This document shows positions 28,229-35,075 of a stretch of DNA of 64,000 nt, piece by piece. Source of the DNA: Fidelibacterota bacterium (lineage in GTDB: Bacteria > Fidelibacterota > UBA8477 > JABMPR01); the NCBI GenBank assembly GCA_013203185.1, contig JABMOS010000118.1, positions 23,006-87,005 of the forward strand, written 5' to 3'. Within the stretch, counting starts at the first letter, position 1; every line of letters begins with the position of its first letter. The notes beneath the pieces were generated by a model that had not been told where the DNA came from, ran no database searches, and worked only from the letters and a program-made list of their open reading frames with translations. The position numbers and the translations under genes are program-made.

Positions 28229-29293
28229 ATGATGACACCGACCCTCGATTTAGTCTATTCAACGACCAAGGGATATGCCAGTCTACTCCCGCTTTTCTCA
28301 CACATGAAAACCCTGGGTTGGCAGGTGAGACTGGAGAAAGTCCATCGGAACTGTTTTCTGAATAGGCGACTGTTAAAATCGATCTCATCCATGATTGTTA
28401 TCGCATATGATAAACCCCTTGTCCGTCTGGAAAAATGTGGATGGGAAGGTGAGTTTATCTATATCGAGCATGGTCTCAGCCCCATGAAGTATTACACCTA
28501 CAAGTATGAATTCTTTCAGCGAGCTGCCCTCCTTTTTTATCCCGGCGAAGTCTTCAAACGCAAGATGGAAGCCATCAATCCTCAGTTTGTGCGTGGACTC
28601 CTGGGTGGCTATCCCAAGGTGGACGAACTGGTTAATTTGGAGATTAACAGAAATCAATTATGCTTGAGATACGGTTTAAATCCAGAAAAACCTGTCATTC
28701 TTTTTGCCCCCTCCTGGGGTGGCAAGAGGAACAAGAATTCTGGCATTCACAATGCCAAACACCTTTCCTCTCTGGAGAACCTGTTAATTGTTCCCCACTC
28801 CGCAGATTACTCCCTTGCCAAAAAATATGGAGCGGTAAAACCAGGAGATGGCAATATTAATCAGTTCCTCCATCTTGCCAATGTTGTGATTAGTGATATT
28901 TCCTCAGTACTTGCTGAAGCCTCTATTCTGGATAAGCCCGTAGTCCAACTCATCTTACCAGACTATCCAGGATGTTTTCCAGAGATCGAAAAACGGAAAT
29001 CAGGAACCTGGGTCTCTGAGGATGTCCTGGCTAAGGAGCAACGGACAGACCGTTCTAGCCGTCCGTTTAAAATCCCCTATATAGATGAAGACTGGATTAT
29101 GGGGCACACTGCTGAAGCTCAAGATCTGGAGGCAGCGATTCTGGATGCTCTTCAAAATCCTCACAAGTTCGCTGAGCAACGAAAATATTGGGCTGAGCAG
29201 AGCTGCTGGAAAGCTGATGGCAAATCATCAAGCCGGATCAGTCATATGATTGAGCAACTTTTAAAGGATGGTTCAATTACGCAGGTGGCGTAG
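28229..29293 (+). CDS. CDP-glycerol/ribitol glycerophosphotransferase-family protein (TagB/TagF-like)
   Basis: YIEHGLSPMKYY (cf. WHG...K), VILFAPSWGG (cf. ILYAPTWR), LIVPHS, and VISDISSVLAEASILDKPVV (cf. SDYSS...D...kPii). Starts 16 nt after ispD. Confidence 0.6.
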   Translation: MMTPTLDLVYSTTKGYASLLPLFSHMKTLGWQVRLEKVHRNCFLNRRLLKSISSMIVIAYDKPLVRLEKCGWEGEFIYIEHGLSPMKYYTYKYEFFQRAALLFYPGEVFKRKMEAINPQFVRGLLGGYPKVDELVNLEINRNQLCLRYGLNPEKPVILFAPSWGGKRNKNSGIHNAKHLSSLENLLIVPHSADYSLAKKYGAVKPGDGNINQFLHLANVVISDISSVLAEASILDKPVVQLILPDYPGCFPEIEKRKSGTWVSEDVLAKEQRTDRSSRPFKIPYIDEDWIMGHTAEAQDLEAAILDALQNPHKFAEQRKYWAEQSCWKADGKSSSRISHMIEQLLKDGSITQVA

Positions 29294-29420
29294 TAACCAC
29301 CAGTGAAACCTTGTCTTTACAATTTGCTTAATTATATAATCAGGTCCTGAAAATGTGTGATGGGAAATTCATATTGAGTGAAATTTAAATTTTAGGTTTA
29401 TGAAAAATTAAAGGTGTGAT

Positions 29421-30101
29421 GTGAGAGCAATAATTCTAGCAGCCGGTATAGGTTCCCGCCTTGGGAATCCTCGTCCCAAGCCTCTGACTAAACTTTCCAC
29501 AGGGGAAATGATTATGGGCAGACAGGTTGAATATCTGAAACAAGTTGTCTCGGTAGATGACATCTTTGTTGTGATTGGTTTTAAAAAAGACCTCATCATG
29601 GAAGAATTTTCAGAACTGACCTATGTGTTTAATAATGTCTATGACAGAACAAATACTTCAAAAAGCTTGCTGAAGGCCATGCGCAAAGTCAGGGCAGATG
29701 ATGTCATCTGGCTCAATGGTGATGTGGTATTTGATCCTGAAGTACTGGCTAGAGTAGTTGCTTCAAAAACGTCATGCATGGCAGTCAACACCTCGTCAGT
29801 GGCAGAAGAAGAGGTCAAATACACCCTGTCCACCGATGGTTCAATTAATGAAGTTTCAAAAACTGTACAAAATGCCCTTGGTGAGTCCGTAGGTATCAAT
29901 AAAATTATATCCAGTGATGTGCCACTCTTCATAGAGATGCTGGAACGTTGTGATGATAATGATTATTTTGAACGTGGCATCGAATTCGCCATCAATGCTG
30001 GTTTGAAAATTTATCCTGTTGATGTATCAGATGTCCTTTGCATTGAGGTTGACTTCACCGAAGACCTTGAAAAAGCCAACAATGAACTAGGAGAGGCGTG
30101 A
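29421..30101 (+). CDS. LicC-like sugar/alcohol-phosphate nucleotidyl(cytidylyl)transferase
   Basis: MRAIILAAGIGSRLG...PKPL is the N-terminal NTP-transferase signature. Overall collinearity with pneumococcal LicC as recalled. GTG start with AAGGTG upstream. Confidence 0.65.
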   Translation: MRAIILAAGIGSRLGNPRPKPLTKLSTGEMIMGRQVEYLKQVVSVDDIFVVIGFKKDLIMEEFSELTYVFNNVYDRTNTSKSLLKAMRKVRADDVIWLNGDVVFDPEVLARVVASKTSCMAVNTSSVAEEEVKYTLSTDGSINEVSKTVQNALGESVGINKIISSDVPLFIEMLERCDDNDYFERGIEFAINAGLKIYPVDVSDVLCIEVDFTEDLEKANNELGEA

Positions 30102-31183
30102 GCGATTCCTTTTCCAAAACGCTAAAGGTCTTCCAACAATCAAATTTACGCTATACGATGGGCGCTGAATCACTGGTTGGATTTGTGGAAGGTGATATAT
30201 ACAAGTACACCCACAACCTGCGCATCTACCTATTCCCCACTTCTGCCTTTCGACTTGTATTTCTGGCCCTTAAGCTATTAAAGTCAGGTGTTATTTTTAA
30301 ACCCAAATTTAGCCAGGGGCACCTTTATTATAAGCTGAGGTACAAACCGAGTCTCCTGGGTAAGGAATCGACTTTCATTTCCATCACGCCTCTGGAAGCC
30401 ACCAAGGGGGGGTTCGTTGCATTTTTAGGTGGGCATGACACGTTTTTTTCAATCGAAGACCTAAACGAATCCACCCTTAAGAAAATTGAGCTGAATGATC
30501 TCTCGATTATGGCTCCAGCAGCCTACACTAATTTTGAACAAAAATACCGCATGGAATTGATGTCCGGGTTTTACCAGAAACATGAGGTTCAGTTTGATTC
30601 TGAGTCTGAGAAAAAAGCTATCCGCTTCATGCATGAGAACGTGTCTGTAATGACTGAGGCTGGCATTGATTTTTGGATAGAAGGCGGCACCCTTCTCGGG
30701 GCCTTACGCGATAATAAACTAATTCCCTGGGATCATGATCTTGACTTTGGAATGAAGTACGAATCTGAAATCCAAATGAAGCGACTTATTCGAAAGTTAC
30801 GCCGCCATTTTAATGTGAGTGTGAGATCCTTTCCCAAGACCTCCAAAATCTGGCATCTGGGAAACTATCGAGTTCTAAAAATATTTCCACGCAAACACCT
30901 GTTCTTTAAGGAAGATTTGTGTCTAGATCTCTTTGTTTACTACAAGGGCACCCTGCCTGGCAAGGATGAGGTTGTCTACAAATATGTAGTCTGGGACAGA
31001 AATGCCTACCACCGCAAGGAATTCTTTGAAACCACAGATACTCTTAATTTTTATGGCGGTGAGGTGCCCATCCCTGCCAATGCAGAACAGTTTATCGAAG
31101 TCAAATATGGCAAGGATTGGCGAACACCTATTAAGGAATGGAATGTCGCCCTTGATGATGGATCCATTTACAAAGAAGATTAA
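30098..31183 (+). CDS. LicD/fukutin-family phosphotransferase (phosphocholine or polyol-phosphate transferase)
   Basis: FWIEGGTLLGALRDNKLIPWDHDLDFGM (LicD/FKRP core with DxD) and a C-terminal VPIPANAEQFIEVKYGKDWRTP. GTGA overlap with the LicC-like gene. The ~190-aa N-terminal region has no assignment. Confidence 0.75.
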   Translation: MSDSFSKTLKVFQQSNLRYTMGAESLVGFVEGDIYKYTHNLRIYLFPTSAFRLVFLALKLLKSGVIFKPKFSQGHLYYKLRYKPSLLGKESTFISITPLEATKGGFVAFLGGHDTFFSIEDLNESTLKKIELNDLSIMAPAAYTNFEQKYRMELMSGFYQKHEVQFDSESEKKAIRFMHENVSVMTEAGIDFWIEGGTLLGALRDNKLIPWDHDLDFGMKYESEIQMKRLIRKLRRHFNVSVRSFPKTSKIWHLGNYRVLKIFPRKHLFFKEDLCLDLFVYYKGTLPGKDEVVYKYVVWDRNAYHRKEFFETTDTLNFYGGEVPIPANAEQFIEVKYGKDWRTPIKEWNVALDDGSIYKED

Positions 31184-31186
31184 GAT

Positions 31187-31819
31187 ATGACTCATTTCAC
31201 TATTAAGGATCTTCCGCAAGAGTATCAGTTTCTAAAAGACTCCTCCATCCTCATCATTGGGAATGGACCCAGTGCCGCCAAGCATGAGATGGGCAGAGAG
31301 ATTGACAAGTTTGATCAGATCATCAGAATTAACAACTATGTCACCGATCACATGGAATCACGGGTTGGCTCGCGGACAGACATCTGGGTAAATGGTGCCA
31401 ATCAGGGCTTAAAAAAACGACTCACGTTACCCGAAAAGATATTGGTGATGATACCTCCTGTCGTGTTGAATCATAAGGGGGTAGCCATTCACCGCCGCAT
31501 TGAAAACCGACTTGGATCGAAAAATTATACGCTGCTGCCACTGGAAATCATGTCTGAGATGGAATCATCATGTGGGCTTGATCGACCAACAACAGGATTC
31601 TTTACCATATATTTCTTCTATTTATTAGGGCTTGATGTCACACTTCACGGTTTCGATTTCTTCGTCGGATCAACTGCTCACTATTTTGATAGTCCCCTCA
31701 AGCGGTGGCTCAAGGAGAAGGGAATTATCAAGAAGGCAGTCAAGCACGATGTGGTCGGTGAAAAAGTATTCATTGAGACCCTCATCCAGAAGGGAGGAGT
31801 AAAAGTTTTACATGCCTAG
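31187..31819 (+). CDS. GT29-like (eukaryote-type) sialyltransferase homologue
   Basis: Four motifs in GT29 order: L-like ILIIGNGPS...GREIDKFDQIIRINN...ESRVGSRTD; S-like PTTGFFTIYFFYLLGLDVTLHGFDFF; III-like HYFD; VS-like KHDVVGE (H-x4-E). Starts 3 nt after licD-like. No signal peptide or TM segment. Confidence 0.6.
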   Translation: MTHFTIKDLPQEYQFLKDSSILIIGNGPSAAKHEMGREIDKFDQIIRINNYVTDHMESRVGSRTDIWVNGANQGLKKRLTLPEKILVMIPPVVLNHKGVAIHRRIENRLGSKNYTLLPLEIMSEMESSCGLDRPTTGFFTIYFFYLLGLDVTLHGFDFFVGSTAHYFDSPLKRWLKEKGIIKKAVKHDVVGEKVFIETLIQKGGVKVLHA

Positions 31820-32701
31820 CTAACTTCGTTTCAAGGTGAGCAGTACCAGACCTGATAGCGTGATTGCTCCCCCGATTATCACATTCAATCCAACCAATTC
31901 ACCAAAGAATATATAGGCCAGAACCGAAGCCAGAACCGGTTCCCCAAAAGGCATAGAACCAACAATTGTTGGACGAAGATATTTGACGGCATAGCTCATA
32001 CTATTATGCCCAATGAGGGTTGGTAAAACAACCAGTCCAAACAGCCATTTTGTATCTGCCTGCTGAAAGCTTATGTCAATTCCCATACTGAAAATTATTA
32101 ACGCTAAGGTAAGGGCAGCGAATAAGTATAGCCAGCGTGTGTACATGATATTGGTAATTTCACTGCGCACACGTTGAGCAATGATAAGTACCACTGACAT
32201 GAAGGCAGAACTGGCCAGGGCATAGAAATTTCCTTTAGTAGCTTCTGAGCCCCATTCAAATCCAGTCCCCTGGACAATAACAGCACCTGCTATGGCCATC
32301 CAAAGGCCAAACAGTGCTCCCACAGGGAACTTGTGCTTCAACGCAAAGCGCTCATAGGCAAGGGTAAAGATGGGTGCCAGAGTGGCAAAGAGGGTGGCAC
32401 TTGCAATTGAGGTCGACTTGACAGCAGAATAGAAAAATGCAAAATGAAGGGCCAGGAAAATCCCGGCAACGATAATCGCAGGAAATTTGTTTTTTGCCAG
32501 TGGTGCCTGCCTCTTGATGGCCCCATGACTCCACAATAGAGTTGATGCTCCAGCCATGCGCCAAAATGCAATAGTTAGTGCAGCGAGCTCTGGAAGGAAC
32601 CGGGCAAGGGGAGCTCCAAAGCTGACCCCCAGAAGCCCAAATACAAGCATGACATAAATCCTGTTATTCATAGCTTTGAACATAATCGTGGTGAATGTCA
32701 T
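31820..32701 (-). CDS. EamA/DMT-superfamily transporter
   Basis: Ten hydrophobic segments in two EamA-like halves. The track start at 32809 is a TTG that would overlap the divergent neuA start; in-frame ATGs at 32701, 32683 and 32671 are more plausible. Confidence 0.75.
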   Translation of the reverse strand: MTFTTIMFKAMNNRIYVMLVFGLLGVSFGAPLARFLPELAALTIAFWRMAGASTLLWSHGAIKRQAPLAKNKFPAIIVAGIFLALHFAFFYSAVKSTSIASATLFATLAPIFTLAYERFALKHKFPVGALFGLWMAIAGAVIVQGTGFEWGSEATKGNFYALASSAFMSVVLIIAQRVRSEITNIMYTRWLYLFAALTLALIIFSMGIDISFQQADTKWLFGLVVLPTLIGHNSMSYAVKYLRPTIVGSMPFGEPVLASVLAYIFFGELVGLNVIIGGAITLSGLVLLTLKRS

Positions 32702-32802
32702 GGACACGTATTGATTAAGCTCCTGCCCTACAAATCTGATTCCACTGGGAGTGATTAAAAAATTGTGGGCTGTGATGGGCGTCTCTTCATATATATTGGG
32801 GG

Positions 32803-33486
32803 ATGTCAATTTTTTGTATTATTCCTGCTCGCGGTGGTTCCAAAGGGGTTCCACATAAAAACATAGCTCCATTTTTAGGACAGCCTTTGATCAGCCACAC
32901 CATCAAGTATGCTCTCGCATCCAAATTTGTTGATGGCGTCTTTGTTTCCACTGACGATGAGGAGATTTCTAAGATATCCACAAGTGATGGTGCACAGGTA
33001 ATTCCGAGACCAGCTGAGATCGCTGGTGATACTGCTACCACAGAGTCTGCTATTTCACATGCAATTGGATGGTGGCAAGAGCAGAACTTAACCCCGGATA
33101 TCATTGTTTTATTGCAGGCAACAAGTCCACTTCGGCCCACAGGCTCACTGGACGAGGCTCTGGATAAGTTTAAGGATGGGGGTTTCGACTCCTTACTTAG
33201 TATCTCGCCCACACATCGGTTTTTCTGGAGTGTAAATGGGAAAGTAGCACGCGCTGAATACGATTTTATGAACCGGCCTAGACGTCAGGATATGAACGAA
33301 GCTGACATCAGATATGTTGAGAATGGATCTGTTTACATTTTTTCATTGGACCATTTCCAGCGCACAGAGAATAGACTTGGTGGAAAGATCGGGTATACCA
33401 TTTTCCCCGAAGAATTCAGCCCGGAGATAGATATTCCAAGTGACTTTACTTTGCTGGAAGAGATTGCTGAAAATTTAATCAGGTAG
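32803..33486 (+). CDS. neuA: CMP-sialic acid (N-acylneuraminate/KDN) cytidylyltransferase
   Basis: IIPARGGSKGVPHKNI, LLQATSPLR, RPRRQD and VENGSVYIF. The last two strings also occur in animal CMAS as I recall it. Confidence 0.85.
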   Translation: MSIFCIIPARGGSKGVPHKNIAPFLGQPLISHTIKYALASKFVDGVFVSTDDEEISKISTSDGAQVIPRPAEIAGDTATTESAISHAIGWWQEQNLTPDIIVLLQATSPLRPTGSLDEALDKFKDGGFDSLLSISPTHRFFWSVNGKVARAEYDFMNRPRRQDMNEADIRYVENGSVYIFSLDHFQRTENRLGGKIGYTIFPEEFSPEIDIPSDFTLLEEIAENLIR

Positions 33487-33503
33487 ATCGCTTTACTTAA
33501 ATA

Positions 33504-34565
33504 TTGGAGGTTGCTTTGCCAACTTTACAACTAGGCTCACAAACCGTTGGTGAGAATGATCCAACCTACATTATCGCTGAGATAGGTATTAATCATCAGG
33601 GTGAAGTAGAGATTGCAAAAAAACTGATCAAAGAAGCTGCTCATGGTGGCGCAAATGCAGTAAAATTTCAAAAGCGCAGCATCAAGCGCATCTTGACCCA
33701 CGAAGGTCTTGAAATGCCCTACGATAATCGCAATTCATTTGGCAAGACCTACGGCGAACATAAAAAAGCCTTAGAGCTGTCTGAGTCCGATTATCAGGAA
33801 CTCATGAATTATGCCAGTGAGCATAATGTCGACTTTATTGCCTCAGGGTGGGATGAAGAGAGTATCGATTTTCTTGATGAATTGGGTGTACCATTTTTCA
33901 AAATGGCTTCAGCCGATCTAACCAACATACCCCTGCTTATTCATACTGCAAAAAAGAACAAGCCAATGATTCTTTCCACAGGGATGGCAAACATGGAAAT
34001 GGTAGAAACTGCTGTTAATGCTATCAAGCCATTTGACGTTCCCCTGTGTATTCTCCAATGCACATCAACATATCCATCAGTTTTTGAAGAGGTTAATCTC
34101 GGTGTTATTAACACTTTCAAGCAACATTTTCCACAAGCTGTTATTGGCTATTCAGGTCATGAATTAGGAATTGCCATCACTGAAGCAGCTGTGGCCCTTG
34201 GAGCAAAGATTGTGGAACGCCATTTCACATTAGATAGGACCATGAAGGGTGGGGACCATGCCGCATCTCTTGAACCAGGTGGTTTTTCAAAGCTGGTCCG
34301 AGATATAAGACATATCGAGGTCGCCATGGGTGGGCCGACTAAACAGATTCAAGCATCGGAAGCACCCATTTTCAAGAAGTTAGCTAAAAGCGTCGTTTCC
34401 CTGGTAGAGCTGTCTGCAGGCACTATTCTGACGAGGGATATGCTTACTACCAAGGGACCTGGAACCGGCATTTCACCTGCAAGAATGGATGAACTATTGG
34501 GAAAAATGGTGATTAATGATATTGCTGCCGATGTGGTACTCAAGGACGAAGACATCAACTGGTAA
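33504..34565 (+). CDS. neuB: Nonulosonic acid synthase of the NANS (9-phosphate) type: Neu5Ac-9-P/KDN-9-P synthase-like, with C-terminal SAF domain
   Basis: YIIAEIGINHQGE, FGKTYGEHKKALELS, PFFKMAS, LQCTSTYP, IGYSGHELGIAITEAAVALGAKIVERHFTLD and GGDHAASLEPG. Collinear with human NANS as recalled (GYSGHE rather than the GxSDH of NeuB). TTG start. Confidence 0.8.
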   Translation: MEVALPTLQLGSQTVGENDPTYIIAEIGINHQGEVEIAKKLIKEAAHGGANAVKFQKRSIKRILTHEGLEMPYDNRNSFGKTYGEHKKALELSESDYQELMNYASEHNVDFIASGWDEESIDFLDELGVPFFKMASADLTNIPLLIHTAKKNKPMILSTGMANMEMVETAVNAIKPFDVPLCILQCTSTYPSVFEEVNLGVINTFKQHFPQAVIGYSGHELGIAITEAAVALGAKIVERHFTLDRTMKGGDHAASLEPGGFSKLVRDIRHIEVAMGGPTKQIQASEAPIFKKLAKSVVSLVELSAGTILTRDMLTTKGPGTGISPARMDELLGKMVINDIAADVVLKDEDINW

Positions 34566-34577
34566 ACAGGAGAGCAA

Positions 34578-35075
34578 ATGATATCTGAAGAACTTCGGGC
34601 TAAAGCTCAAAAGATCAAATTGGTAATAACGGATATTGATGGTGTCTGGACAGATGCAAAAATCTATTACACAGAGCATGGCGAATTAATGAAAGCCTTC
34701 AGCTATTATGATGGCATGGGAACAGCCCTCTTAACCAAAGCCAACATTAGAACAGCCATCATAACCGGTGAAAATTCCAAGCCAGTGGCTCAACGAGCCA
34801 AGAAGCTGAAAATCGAAGATGTCTTCCTGGGGATAGATGATAAGCTGGAAGTTTTTGAGTCCCTTCTTGAGAAGTATCAGCTCTTACCCTCAGAAGTAGC
34901 CTACATTGGTGATGATTTGAATGACTACACCGTCATGCAGGTCGCAGGCCTTACTGCAGTCCCCTCAAGCACGCCAGCCTTTCACATTCTCAAACCCGAC
35001 ATTTTATTGAGCCGTGCAGGGGGTGATGGCGCCTTCCGCGAATTTGCCGATCTCATCATCGCATCGCAGCAATGA
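34578..35075 (+). CDS. HAD-IIIA C0-type phosphatase, KdsC family (KDO-8-P or KDN-9-P/Neu5Ac-9-P phosphatase)
   Basis: KLVITDIDGVWTD (motif I), ITGE, IGDDLND and GGDGAFREF. 165 aa with no cap domain. Starts 12 nt after the synthase; ATGA overlap with waaA. Confidence 0.8.
   Translation: MISEELRAKAQKIKLVITDIDGVWTDAKIYYTEHGELMKAFSYYDGMGTALLTKANIRTAIITGENSKPVAQRAKKLKIEDVFLGIDDKLEVFESLLEKYQLLPSEVAYIGDDLNDYTVMQVAGLTAVPSSTPAFHILKPDILLSRAGGDGAFREFADLIIASQQ

Noticed and set aside
32702-32809. TTG start at 32809 for the EamA transporter
   Set aside because: It would overlap the divergently transcribed neuA start codon (32803) and adds 36 non-hydrophobic residues before the first TM segment. The internal ATGs (32701, 32683, 32671) are more plausible.
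32787-33212. 141-aa minus-strand ORF antisense to neuA. Similar antisense ORFs occur at 52342-52833, 25814-26263, 18252-18710, 38324-38713, 4727-5089, 16716-17057 and 36975-37295.
   Set aside because: All lie fully inside well-supported genes on the other strand and have no family resemblance or RBS. They are typical shadow ORFs in a mid-GC genome.
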